Source: Eledone cirrhosa (taxonomy: Eukaryota). Taken from it: a stretch of 64,000 bases of DNA. The position numbers and the translations under genes are program-made. Position 1 is the first letter of the stretch, and every line of letters starts with the position of its first letter. The notes beneath the pieces were generated by a model. It made no database searches, had not been told where the DNA came from, and saw nothing but the letters and a program-made list of their open reading frames with translations. This document shows positions 14,734-27,585 of this stretch, one piece after another. The stretch spans positions 41,168,001 to 41,232,000 of the forward strand of contig OZ024741.1 of assembly GCA_964016885.1 (NCBI GenBank). Direction: 5' to 3'.

Positions 14734-14833
14734 CAGAATACATGAGGCATCAAATTACTGACCTTTCTTCAAGTGTTTATATGAGTATAAATGCCTGAAG
14801 AAAGGTCAGTAATTTGATGCCTCTTGTATTCTG
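14734..14833. repeat. Fold-back inverted repeat, 48-bp arms, TGAG loop
   Basis: 14734-14781 vs 14786-14833 are reverse complements with a few mismatches. Confidence 0.92.
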
Positions 14834-14873
14834 GAGGTGTGGTCAAATTTGGGCCTTGAAACCTTGGGTAGTG
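14792..14873 (+). ncRNA. Type I hammerhead ribozyme with extended stem II
   Basis: TGC-CTGAAGA(14795)-AAGGTC..AATTTGA..TGCCTC/GAGGTG..TCAAATT..GGCCTT-GAAA(14858)-CCttgGG-TA-GTG. Stem I is weak (3 bp with wobbles). Confidence 0.68.
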
Positions 14874-14886
14874 CCTTTGATCTGTG

Positions 14887-14887
<1 letters not shown>

Positions 14888-14921
<34 letters not shown>

Positions 14922-17408
14922 GTTTAACGTCCATCTTCTACGCTAGCATGGGTTTGGACGGAAATTTTCCCACTTGAGGCAAGATCGGGTGACTTGCTCG
15001 TATAAGACTGACTGGCAGGTTTTCTACGGCTGGATGCCCTTCCTAACACCAACCCCATTTACAGTGTGTACTGGGAGGTTTTTACCGTGTTACCTACACG
15101 GCCACATTACAGCATGGACTGTGTTTTTTTATCGTGACACCTACACGACCTCATTTGTTTCGGACTGGATGTTGTGGTACCAACATAACTTTACATGGTG
15201 TGGATGGGGTGTGTGTAGTGAGGCCAGGGTGTATTTTTGTTAGAGGTGCCTACTGACTGTAGGTTTCGCTTTGTACTTAGGCAAGGCGGGTCTTCTGTAT
15301 TACTGTGTAGCACCAAAGATCTCGGTCCAGTGACATTGTCTTGGAGAGGTTTAAGTGTGTGAGGTCGGAATTTATCAAGTCGTCCCAGGTCTTTCTGGGT
15401 CTGCCTACTCCATGGCTACCGTCTATTTTTATCGCCCTGCACTTTTTTATACAGCTGTCTTCTTTCATGCGCATCACGTGACCGTACCAACGTAGTCTTC
15501 TGATACCTCTTATTCCTAATTTCTCCCTTAGTTCGTTTATGCTTTGCCATTCATGTATATTACTATCACACATCCAGCAGAGCATGCAAGCTTCGTTCCT
15601 CTCTAGTCTGCGTATATCCTCTGCACACAATGCCCAGGTCTCACTGCCATGCAACATTGCTGTTCGTATGCCGGCATCATACAGCCTGCCTTTCATTTTC
15701 AGAAAGAACCGTTTAGCGACCAATAGTGGTATAATCTCTCTGAACTTTTTCCATCCCGTTCTGACTCTAGCTACTGTACTCTCAGAGCACCCTTCACCAT
15801 TGCTGATTTTGTCACCCAGGTAACAGAAGGTGTCCACTATTTCTATAGAACCATCTGCGCAATGGAATGAGCTAGTATTCTGAGGGCACTTGTTGCTACT
15901 TATTGCACCAGAGCACCGGCCACATATAAAAGCTATATTCTTAGTTAGCTTACCTGTGATCCCACTACATCTTTTATGCACCCATATTTTGCATTTGGGA
16001 CATAAAATGGAGTTTCTGCCTACTCCTTTCCTACACACTGAGCATGGCCATTTCCCAGATGGGACTGGTGCCCTATTTTCTTTCCTACAAACTAGAACTT
16101 TTGTCTTAGACAGGTTAATTTTAAGGCCTTTTGATTCTAGGCCATGCTTCCATATTTGGAATTTCTTCTCTAGTTCGGCCATTGATTTAGCTATGGGCGT
16201 TAGATCATCTGCGTATAGGAGTTCCCATGGGCAGCCTGTCTTGAACTCCTCTGTTATAGCCTGAAGGGCAATAATAAATAGGAGGGGGCTAAGGACGGAG
16301 CCCTGATGAACACCAACTTTTACGCTAAACTCTTCACTATATTCGTTGTTAATTCTAACCTTGCTGACTGTTTCTTTATACATGGCTTGTAAAGCTCTCA
16401 CAAGCCATTCAACAACACCTAGTTTTCTAAGAGCCCACCAGGTAATGGAGCAGGCGACTCTGTCAAAGGCTTTCTCCAAGTCAACAAAACTGCTACAATT
16501 AACTGCTACAAGGGTAAAGGTGATGCCCTAGATAGGGGTAACTATAGAGGCATTAAATTAATCTACCAGGTCATGAAGGTCATGACCTGGTAGGGGTTTA
16601 CTTTTAGGGGTTTACTTTTAGCTAGGTACTTCTCCTGTAGTTGTCGTACAATGAAAAGAGCATCTGTGGTACTTTTACCTGACACAAACCCGAACTGCAT
16701 TTCATCTAGACCAATTCGCTCTCTGATTAGTTGCGCTATTACTTTTTCTGTGACCTTCATGACCTGGTAGATTAATTTAATGCCTCTATAGTTACCCCTA
16801 TCTAGGGCATCACCTTTACCCTTGTAGCAGTTAATGATGATGCTGCTACGCCAGTCCTTTGGAATGACCCCACTCTGTATGACTTGGTTTACTATCCGGG
16901 TGACCATAGTGTCCCACCGTTCCAGATGCTTTCAGCATTTCAGCAACTATTTCCGAAGGCCCAGCTGCCTTACCCGTCTTCATATCTTTGATTGCCTTAC
17001 TTATTATACTACCTTCAACTAGCACTGCTGGTCCCTCTATTGGATCGATGTGGGGGAGACTGTCTTTCTCCCATTTATTCTCCTCATTTAGTAGCCTTTC
17101 GTAGTGACACTTCCAAGCTACCTTCTTATCAGCATCAGTGATGGCAAGTGTGCCATCATCATTAAGGACACACTTCTCCCCGACAATATCACTGTTTTCC
17201 TTGACACATTGCCTAGCAATCCTGAACACTTCACGTAGTAGAACATGCTTGAACTTTCTTTCCTCTGCTTCCCTTTTTGCGAAGTACACTTGTCTACTAG
17301 CTTCCCTACTGGCCACTTGATAGTCTTCTCTACTTCCCCCATCCCGCCATGCTTTCCAAGCCTGCTTTTTGGCCTTAATTGACTCCACCTTACTGTTCCA
17401 CCACCATG
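14888..17408 (-). mobile_element. RTE-clade LINE (family B), 5'-truncated and frameshifted; RT + PHD finger + 3' UTR + (GAT)n tail
   Basis: ORFs 16846-17388, 16563-16907 and 15277-16479: KGKGDALDRGNYRGI, QFGF, EKAFDRV, GVHQGSVLSPLLF, LLYADD. Confidence 0.95.
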
Positions 17409-18500
17409 AAGATAAATAAATAATACAATATTACATATATATATATATATGGCATTATGCTGTACTGTAGAAAACCTTCTTCCCATGTGCACAGGATGAA
17501 ACAATATGTAGAGAACACTTGCCTGCAGGGCCCTTACACTATAAGGAGAGCTTGAAATGCACCAAATCTGCTCCCCACTCCCATAATGCTTCTGGCATGA
17601 CACAAAGTGCCCAGACCACTCTGTCAGGTGGTCGTGCTGGCGACACAACAAAACCCACTCAGTCCTCAATGTTAGATGGTCATTTTGGTGTTGCGATAAA
17701 AAGTAACCAGTCCAGCCTGTAATGTAGTTAGTGTTAGGAACAACTTCCAGTCATAGAAACCAAGCAAAAATACAGATCCATATGAGCAAGACGAGGACTC
17801 CTGACCTGATTAATGACAATGATATATATCATCACATTTTCCCTGCTAACAAGAATATTTCTCTCTCTCTCTCTTTCTCTCTCTATATATATATATATAT
17901 ATATAATTATACAAACACACACACATATTATATATTACATATATAAACATACCTTCATCATACTCATCATCAAATGTCTGTTTTTCAAAATAAATTCATA
18001 TATGGAAACACATAGTATATGGTTACATATAATGGTTTCTGATTTAGGTACCACACCAACAATTCTGGGGGAAGGGAAAGTTGATTAAATCAACCACAGT
18101 GCATTACTCGTACTTTATTTTATCGATCCTGTAAGGATGAAGGGAAAAGTGGGATTTGAACTCAGAACCTAAATGAGTGTTACTCTATGCCATGCAGCAT
18201 GTTGACTGATGCCATATCAATGCTGCCAAGCCACTGCCTTTGTTTACATATAACAAACATACATTTTGTCACAAAATCAATATGTGAAGCTAGGATCAGG
18301 GTTACAACTACCTTAGTATTAATACTAATCAGTCAAGCTGGCACTATATATAAATAGGTCTTCAACAAGAATAGTTTGCTTAAAAATATCTATAAGATAT
18401 ACCTCAGCATTTATGAATAAGCAAGCAAGAACCGACAAACTGTAACAAAAGTGAAATGCACCCGTTGCTCTTACTCTGATACTGAGGTAGATTATATATA

Positions 18501-18941
18501 TAGAAGTCAATGGAAACCACGGAGTGGGGAGACCCAAGAAGACTTGGGATGAAGTGATAAAAGCCGACCTTACCCAATTACACCTCTCAAAGGCGATGAC
18601 ACACGACCGTGACCTCTGGCGTCACGCAGTAATACAGAGTACCCGACCTCCCATGGGTACAAGCTGAAGCATATAGACAATATACCCCCACACCCTCCCA
18701 CTGCAAAAAAGCACCCAGCCCACACTGTAAAGTGGACGTGTAGGCACCACGGAAAAAAGCACCCAGCACTCACTGTAAATGAGGTTGGTGTTAGGAAGGG
18801 CATCCAGCTGTAGAAATCAAGCCAAATCAGTTCCTGTATGAGCAAGGCAAGGTCAGCCGACCAGACACTGCCCACAACAGGACAACCCGTCTAACCCATG
18901 CTAGCATGGAAGAATGGACGTAAAACGGTGATGATGATGAT
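18501..18941 (+). mobile_element. RTE family A 3' fragment
   Basis: Matches ~6740-7200; (GAT)n tail. A ~35-bp direct repeat lies either side (18466-18500, 18984-19018). Confidence 0.9.
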
Positions 18942-19060
18942 ATATACACACATATATATATGTATATATGTATATAACATATATGCTCTTACTCTGATAC
19001 TGAGGTAGATTATATATACACGCACATATATATATGTAAATATGTATATAATATATGTAG

Positions 19061-19170
19061 ATCTTGAGTAAAATTGGGAGAAACCACAGTAACCAAGGTA
19101 CTCAATACATTACTAGAGTGAAAACAATGAGATTTAATATAGAAAATCATTTTCTATATTAAACCTTGTT
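19061..19170 (-). mobile_element. Penelope-like pLTR 3' tail fragment with small terminal hairpin
   Basis: Minus strand ATGTATTGAGTACCTTggTTACTGTGGTT resembles 32256-32284; hairpin TTTAATATAGAAAAT-c-ATTTTCTATATTAAA; in (TA)n. Confidence 0.6.
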
Positions 19171-19324
19171 ATATATATATATATAATATCATCATAGCTT
19201 AAAACATATTCATGGCAAATAAATGTAACTTTATAATACATGGGCTAAAAGAAGTAAAAGGATAAACATATTGTGTACCGGTTAATATACACCTTTATTC
19301 TGAAAATATATGACAAGATAAAAG

Positions 19325-19500
19325 TATTTTTTCCAGCTTATGTTTGAAACATTTGGAGGAGCTGGACCACAAGCAATGAAGTTCTTACTGTCAGCAGTTC
19401 ACCTTATCAAGGTATCAGGTGAAGCCTGTGAGGGTTATTCCAGGTTCTTAAGCATTGCTATCATCTGTGGTAATGCTGTGAGTTTGTTGGTTACCTCAAA
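19325..19500 (+). mobile_element. Degenerate C-terminus of a CRE-like (restriction-like endonuclease) non-LTR element
   Basis: FETFGGAGPQAMKFL...LSIAIICGNAVSLL resembles the ETxG..G..A..FL...LSxAIQRGNA end of CRE-clade ORFs. Confidence 0.55.
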
Positions 19501-19707
19501 AATTATTAGAGGTAAGCACCAGCACTCCTTGTTGTGGTGTGATAGAACGTGTGGATCTTCTCCCAACTTTTCTTTCTTTCTTCTACTTTCCCCTCTTTTG
19601 TCTTCCCTATTATTCTCTTCCCCCTCTTTTATCTTCCTGATAATTCCCTTTCCTTTCTTTTTTCTTCCTTATTATCCACTCCTCTTTTTTTTAGTACTGA
19701 ATATATG

Positions 19708-19738
<31 letters not shown>

Positions 19739-20761
19739 AATTATTGTGTAAAGTGCTCAGGTGCACTACAACTCGTCAAAGGTGCATGTATAGTACATAG
19801 AATAATACACAAATGTCAGGGAAGTGAATAGTGTATGAGTCATGATATACAACAAAAATCACCCAGTACCCACTGTAAATGTAGTTGGCATTAGAAAGGG
19901 CATCCAACCATTAAAAACCATACCAAACTCAGTTCTGTATAAGCAAGACATAGTCATCTGACCTGGCTTGTCACTTATTCATTATGAATAAAGAATGAAG
20001 ATGAGTTAAAGACAGAATCATAATAATGTCCTCTCGAGTAGCTCCATCAACCACCATTCTAGTTCAATCTGTTCTAAGGCTAACCTGACATTAGTTTGAT
20101 AATAAATTATATTGAAGTCACTGAACATGGTTTACAAAGAAAATATCTTCTTATGGCTGCAGTATTTTGTGGAAGCCTTATGAAAGGGGTTTATGTGCTC
20201 CCTCGTAAACATTAATTTAAATCTTTAAGATTTATAAACCATAAATAATTTCTTTTAAACCAAAGTATAGAATTTTCTTAATTACCTTCTGCCTTTCTGC
20301 CTCTCTTTCCGTTTTTCTTTACCTTAATTCTTTCATTGCATTACATTAACTTCTAGGTTTTAAAATTATGTTTGTGTTGAAAAGAGGTGTCACATTTATC
20401 ATATATGTGTGTGTGTGTTCACACACACGTGCGCACACATATATATATATGTGTGTGTGTTCACACACACGTGCATACACATATATATATATGTGTGTGT
20501 GTTCACACACACGTGCATACACATATATATGTGTGTATATATATATGTGTATATATATATATATTGTTATACTTGGGGAGGGTCATATTTGTGTAATATT
20601 GCCAGAATTAATAACAGAACACACTCACTGTTTGGTTGGTTTTCGCTTCTCGCTTCTGTGTCTTTTATATCGGTAATCTAATATACTCGGTCCTCAATGT
20701 TGCCATTGACTGACCGGCGGTCAAAAATAATACAGATACAATATAGACACAAACACATATA

Positions 20762-20817
20762 TATAGTTTATCATAAATCTTTCGTTGCACATCTGCAACA
20801 TCGTCAGTGGTGCTATA
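20762..20817 (-). ncRNA. Hammerhead-like motif (inverted copy of 21071-21126)
   Basis: Reverse complement of the plus-strand motif. Confidence 0.55.
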
Positions 20818-21070
20818 TTTTCCTCCTGTTGTATTGTATGTCTACGCCATTGTTATTGTGCTTGTGTATGTATACATACACAAGCACAATAACAACAAGC
20901 ACATAAACACACACTAGTCACCCATCACACAGCAAACAAAACACTATACACACACGCAAACGCATGCGCAAAGAAGACAAAATAAAATAAACAAACAAGC
21001 AAATAAATAAATAAATATATATACAGACTGAATAAAAATGGCGTAGACATACAATACAACAGGAGGAAAA

Positions 21071-21126
21071 TATAGCACCACTGACGATGTTGCAGATGTG
21101 CAACGAAAGATTTATGATAAACTATA
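21071..21126 (+). ncRNA. Minimal type I hammerhead-like motif with an extra U after A9
   Basis: TATAGCACCA-CTGACGA(21081)-T-GTTGCAgatgTGCAAC-GAAA(21105)-gatt-TA-TGATAAACTATA. 6-bp stem II; stem I is imperfect. Confidence 0.58.
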
Positions 21127-21882
21127 TATATGTGTTTGTGTCTATATTGTATGTGTATTAATTTTGACTGCCGGTCAGTCAATGGCAACATTGAGGACCG
21201 AGTATATTAGATTACCGATATAAAAGACACAGAAGCGAGAAGCGAAAACCAACCAAACAGTGAGTGTGTTCTGTTATTAATTCTGGCAATATTACACAAA
21301 TATGACCCTCCCCAAGTATAGAAATATTTGTTTCGACACACGATTTCATATAAAAAACCTCGCAAAACTATATATATATATATATATATATTGGTAAACG
21401 GAATAGAAAATGCTGACAAATTGTTCACAGTGAAAAATAGTTTAATTAGGAATAAATGAGAATTAGTAATTGTATTGGTTAGTAATCAGTTTTGGTTTTA
21501 AGTTTTGCCGGTTGCGCATTTCTAAATGCTTTTCAAAAATAATTTTGAGATAGAGCGTCCGTGATGTTTGCTCTGAGCTGATTAGTTTTGGGAATTCTAC
21601 CTGTTTTTATGTTAAAAAAGTGGCTCCAGCGCTATTAAAATTGGTTTTTTGCACCAATTCGTGTTGCAAAAATTCTTGTGGTCAAAACTATTTTGATTGG
21701 TCGGTAAAGGTCATGTGAATGTAAAAAATTGATTTTGCGCCAAGACTGAGAAATGACTCTTTCACAACAAATATGTGTGTGTGTGTAGTAGTAGTAAAGT
21801 GTTCGTTGTTGTGATAATGGTTAGCAGGGATGTGTGTGCGAACAGCAGCCTGTTGACAGTTCAAATGCCTATTAAGACAAGT

Positions 21883-22165
21883 GTGTGTGTGTGTATAGCA
21901 GAGTAATTTGTGGTAGAGGGATGGTCAGTAGGAATGTGTCTGTAAGTGAGTGGGGGATATTTTAACATGTTAAAAGATATTTTTCAGCTCTTGTCTTATA
22001 CGGAGAAGTGTGTGTGTGTGTGTGTGTGCGTGTGTGTAGCAGAGTAATTCATGGTAGAGGGATGGTCAATAGGAATGTGTCTGTAAGTGAGTGGGGGATA
22101 TTTTAACATGTTAAAAGATATTTTTCAGCTCTTGTCTTATACGGAGAAGTGTGTGTGTGTGTGAG
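21883..22165 (+). repeat. Tandem duplication, ~140-bp unit x2, joined by (GT)n
   Basis: TAGCAGAGTAATT...CTTATACGGAGAAGTGTG occurs twice. Confidence 0.88.
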
Positions 22166-22517
22166 TGTGTATAAGTCTCTTTGTATGTTAATGTATGCGT
22201 GTGTATGTGTGTGTATATATGTGTGTGTGTGTGTGAGAATGTGTGTGTGGGTGGACCAGTATTTTTTTCCCTGGTAAAATGGTGTACATTATTCGATATT
22301 TAGGAAGGGCATCCAGCTGTAGAAATCAAGCCAGAATCAGTTCCCATCCCACCCTTGCAAGCAGGGAAAAACGGACATAAGATGATGATGATTTATATAT
22401 ATATATATATATACATACATATACGTATATATTTATATACATATATATATATACATATATATATACATATATAAATATATATTTATATACACATACATAT
22501 ATATTTATATACATATA

Positions 22518-22579
<62 letters not shown>

Positions 22580-22795
22580 TATTTATATACATATATACTT
22601 TATATACATATATACATATATATACATATATATATGCACATATACATATATATACATAAAGTTTGGATCTAGCTGTCGAAACGACTGGAGCTCAGCCATT
22701 GGGGTCCTGACGCTTTTCCTATATATATATATATACACACATATATATATATTATCATCATTTAATGTGGTGTCGCTGCTAGCAAGTATATATAT

Positions 22796-23131
22796 GGAAG
22801 CACATGGCTTAGTGGTTAGAGCATTGGCCCTGCAATCGAAAGGTTGTCAGTTCAATTCTCAGACCGGGTGATGTGTTGTTTCCTTGAGCAAGAAACTTTA
22901 TTTCACATTGCTCCTGGTTACTCAGCTGTAGAAATGAGATGATAGGACTGGGGTCCCTATCATTCCACTGCAAAGTGGTTGTGGAGGTACCATGGAAAAA
23001 AAGCACCCAGCACTCACTGTAAATGAGGTAGGTGTTAGGAAAGGCATCCAGCTGTAGAAATCAAGCCAGAATCAGTTCCCGTCCCACCCTTGCAAGCAGG
23101 GAAAAGCGGACATAAAATGAAATGATGATGA
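22796..23131 (+). mobile_element. tRNA-derived SINE (family S1)
   Basis: A box TGGCTTAGTGG, B box AGTTCAATTCT, AGGCATCCAGCTGTAGAA body, (GAT)n tail. Confidence 0.87.
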
Positions 23132-23237
23132 TATATGTTATACATACATGCACACTTGTAAATATATATTATATACCCTCATTATCCCCATCACCATATG
23201 TCCATTATGCATGTATGTATGCATGTGTGTGTGTGTG

Positions 23238-23268
<31 letters not shown>

Positions 23269-23437
23269 ATAAGTGGAAAGATACTGTAATGATGAGGACT
23301 TATCTAAACCATGCAAGCATGGAAAAATGGATAAAAATGGCCGATCATAGACAGATATATATATAGCCATATATATAAATACACACGCACACACATATAT
23401 ACATACATATATATATACATACATATATATATATATG

Positions 23438-23479
<42 letters not shown>

Positions 23480-25786
23480 CACACATATATATATATATAT
23501 AATTTACATGGCATTAGCTCATTTAATTGAAGATACAGTAAATGCTTTTCATTGACGAAAATACATATTAAGTATGTACGTGTGTATGTAATATATGTAT
23601 GTATATGCATGTATGTGCATGTATGTATATGTATGTTTGCAGGTGGGTATTCACCTATGCATAATCAAGTATGCCTTTTGTTTCAGTCATAAAAGTATTT
23701 ATCACATGCCTGAATCTGTATACAGCTGATTCAAAAGGTGAGAGAAAAGTATGGTGCAGGAATAAAGGACAAAAATAGCAGGTAAACTAATGAAGCAATA
23801 ACGATATCGAGTGATTAATTGAGAAAGGTAAATGTGAAAGAAGGCAGTGTAATGATATCTCCTCTTTTCTCTTCTCTTCTCCTTTCTCTTCTCTCTCCTT
23901 TCTCTTCCATCTATCTCTCTCTCTCTCTCCACCTACATTTATACCATACAGTAATATGTTCAGATGGGGGTCATAAAATACATTTATTATCATTTGTGAG
24001 GAAGATTCTACAATTAAATGAGGGATAAACGACGGGGGGAATATATTTCTAACATTCTATTTTCCCTTACTTGAAGCCTTTATTAGAAAATCTAAAGAAA
24101 AACAAGTTTTTGGTGAAAATAAATAAATTTTACAAACCTTTTGATATTAATTCACATGAGACTCCTCATGGTTCTTTGATATAAAACTGTTTGTTTTAAG
24201 ATGTTCATATTTATCTAAAAACCTTCCATCATAATTTCATGTAGGAATCTTACATGTTATTTTATGTTCCAAATGCCAGCTTAACACTTTTGACACCAAA
24301 CCCCCTGAAACCACCCCTAGTTCTACAATATAAAACTGTTTTAGAGTGTTTATACTCATCAAGTATATATTCATAAAAAAACATTCCTTCATAATTTTAT
24401 ATAAAAGCTTTTATTAAGTTATGCTTCAAACACCAGCTTACTAATGATAAATCCCTCTTACTAAATCCCTCCATATCCTTTATCTAAAGAAAATATTTGA
24501 AGATCATATGTAGTATATGTAGTATATTTCATGAGAAATATGGGAATGAAAAGGGTTAATATAAAACAAACAATAATGATTTTGATATTTTGGAAACTAT
24601 TGTACAATAATTAAAGAAGATTTCTCAATCAGCACAGTTCGTTGACAAGAAAGTTCAATTAAAATCCTTACTTAATCAAAACACCTTTTGCATAGTTTAA
24701 ATAGCAGGTGTTATCAACAATCAATAATTTTCACTGCTGAAATATCAGAAATTGGTTGTCTGTGGTAGGAAGACCAGATTAATTAATTCATAAATCTTTT
24801 ATTTGATAGTATATAGAATATGTAAGCATATCACAGTGGTTAGGAAGCTCACTTCCCAAACACAAGACTGTAGGTTAAATCCCAATCTGTAGCATCTAGG
24901 TCTTTCCCATAGCCTTCAGTTGATCATCATCCAGTTTTTGATTATGCAGGACACAATTAATCCCTAAGTAGGAGTGGGTCCTGCCTCACAGCGCTCCTTA
25001 GCATCCCACTCCATGTATTTCTGTGTGTCAGGCTCACTTGGGCCAAGCCAAGCCTAGCTTGACCCCAACGGACATCCTCCATCCAAGTCCTACTGCCTCC
25101 TAGATCGACATTATAAGTGAAATTTAATAGACAGAAACCTTTCGCTAGATTCTGCCAGGAAAGCCAACTTTATTTTATGTTGCATCATGCTAATTCTGCC
25201 TGAGAATTACATAAAGAGTACATGTTGTCTGTGGAATACTCAGCCACAACTGAATGCACATCATTGAAACTAATGGAGGATCAATCATAGATACATACAC
25301 AACTGTAGAGTTAGGTGTGGGGTCAATGTCAGTCCTATTTGGAGTTTGATACAGCGAAAGAGATGAGGGATAATTGTTTGTGGGTGACACAACACTTGGG
25401 AAATTGATAGTTAATGTTGGCTTGAGAAGAGAATACACTAGAAGGAAGATAGTTTACACAGTGAAAAGCTAGATTAGATAGATTGATGGATGTAAATGTA
25501 TATCTAAGAATGTAATATTCGATTTGACCTCTTCTTCATTTAAGATAATAAATCTTATAAAATGAAGATTAACACATCAATACCACTATGCACTGATAAG
25601 GGTGCATTTCTCTATTATATCAAGTTGATCAGTGTGTTAGTCTTAGCATAATAATACATTAATTGATAGTTGAGAGAGACGGAGAGAGTAAGTCATGGAG
25701 AAAGAGACAGAGATAGAGAGAGACAGAGATATATAGAGAGAGTGAGAGGCAGAAATAGAGAGAGACAGAGAGAGAGAGAGGTAGAC

Positions 25787-25823
<37 letters not shown>

Positions 25824-25856
25824 TAGACAGAAACACAGAGAGAGAAACAGACAGAA

Positions 25857-25896
<40 letters not shown>

Positions 25897-26224
25897 AGAG
25901 CTAATATGAGCTTTAGTGTTGTAATTTGGTTGTATTGATTATAATTAGGTAAGCAGGGTGAAAGAATCACAGTTATTATTAATCATCAGTTCAACACAAG
26001 ATAATGGTGAAAAAGTATTATAAATATATTAAATGATGGAGCCTTCATTGGTTTTGTCTGTGAGTATATTCCAGTTGTTTCACCAATAAGACCACCTGCT
26101 AGTGAAATTAATGTGGCCAAACATTCCACAAACATGTAGTTCTCAGGAAGATTCAGCATGGAAAACTGTATGACAAGGCTGTCCCTTTGAATTACAGGTA
26201 CAATTCATCTTGTATTATACTATG

Positions 26225-26642
26225 GTTTGGCAGTATTGGAAAAATGTTGGATAAATTGCTTTGCAGCAAAGAGTTCTGTCTCTTTATGTTCTGAGTTCAA
26301 ATCCTGCCTAGGTTAGCTTTGCCTTTTATCCCTATGGGGGGTCGACAAAATAAAGCACCAGTAATGCACTGGGGTTGATTTAATTGACTTTCTCCTCCCC
26401 TCAAATCGTTGGCCTTGTGCCTAAATCAGAAAACATTATCTTAATGGATTGGCAGTATCGGTAGCTTAGAGTTACGGTCCTTTATGGTCTGAGTTCAAAT
26501 CCTGCCAAGGTTAACTTTGCCTTTCATCCTTATGGGGTCGATAATATAAAGTACCAGTCACGCACTGGGGTCGATTTAATCGACTTTCCCCTCCCCCAAG
26601 ATTGCTGGCCTTGTGCCTATATAAGAAACAATTATTATTATT
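26225..26642 (+). mobile_element. Two tandem SINEs of family S2 (Meta-domain-like body)
   Basis: TGGCAGTATCGG..GAGTTCAAATCC..GCCTTTCATCCTT..GGGGTCGATAA..AAGTACCAG, (ATT)n tail. Other copies near 18045-18240(-), 34615-35040, 50017-50208(-), 53478-53660 and 55135-55275(-). Confidence 0.78.
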
Positions 26643-27182
26643 GTTATCATTATCACTGTTGTTGTTGTTGTAATATAGGATACTGTCCTCGTTTCTTTGC
26701 AGAAAACCAGCAGCAGCAAGAGAGGAGTAAATTTTTAATTAAATTTTATTTCTTTTGAAAAAATAAAACTTATTTTGATTTTATTTATTTAAGGATAAGA
26801 TGCGAGAGGAAAAAAATGTTTTATTTTTATTCTTTTTTACAATCATAAAAAAATGTATCTTTGCAATGCTTATTTATTTAATATAATTGAAATGGTATTT
26901 AATAATGTTTGAGAACATAGTGTTTGAATGGCCAACCAGTTCTTACTATTTAGTTTGGCGCTATCTAGTCAACTTGTCTCAAAAGCCATCAATTTAATCG
27001 TCACTGAAATACTAATAGAATTTTTTTTACCATAAAAACTGCCTTTATTATATCAATAGTTTTTGGTTTTATTTCCCAACCTTATCCTTCCTTCTGGTTG
27101 TAGTTGTAACCCATTTGTTACTGTACTTCTTATAATAAAAATAAATTATATATATATATATATATAAGTTTTAATATAGATG

Positions 27183-27233
27183 AGATTCTACAGGACTAGA
27201 ACTGTTTCATTCTTTAGAAATCATCAGGAATCT
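27183..27233 (-). ncRNA. Type I hammerhead ribozyme in the inverted pLTR
   Basis: Exact reverse complement of 32176-32226. Confidence 0.85.
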
Positions 27234-27585
27234 GGGTATCAAAAAATAAAAATGGTATTTATAGGTCTCTACAAGTGGTAGGAGAGGGTGGGGAGTGGGA
27301 TGGGTGTAGGTCATTGGTTGATAGAAAAGGGAATTCATTAAAAGCTAATTCTACAAAGCTATAGTTTATTTTTATTTATTTATGTTTTTAGAGTAACAAA
27401 GGCAAACAGAATTCTATAAACAGGTTCCGGATGGCATACCATTCCTTGTCATTAAATTTGCCAGGAATTTTACCACCATTACCGATGCTGAACAAGTTGT
27501 TATCCTCCACGCTCGTAAGACCTTTCTATACCACGATGGATCTTACTGGATCAACAAGAAATCTCAGACCCCATTTGACGTTAGC

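Larger units (their letters stand above)
20568..21370 (+). mobile_element. Fold-back element: 284-bp inverted arms (20568-20851 / 21037-21320), 185-bp spacer, ~50-bp one-sided tail; probable Penelope-like pLTR derivative
   Basis: Arms are near-perfect reverse complements; hammerhead fold in each arm; flanked by (TA)n; end homologous to 30390-30470. Confidence 0.8.

Noticed and set aside
22796-22870. tRNA gene
   Set aside because: A/B boxes are present but there is no good acceptor stem, and it continues into a SINE body found in four copies.
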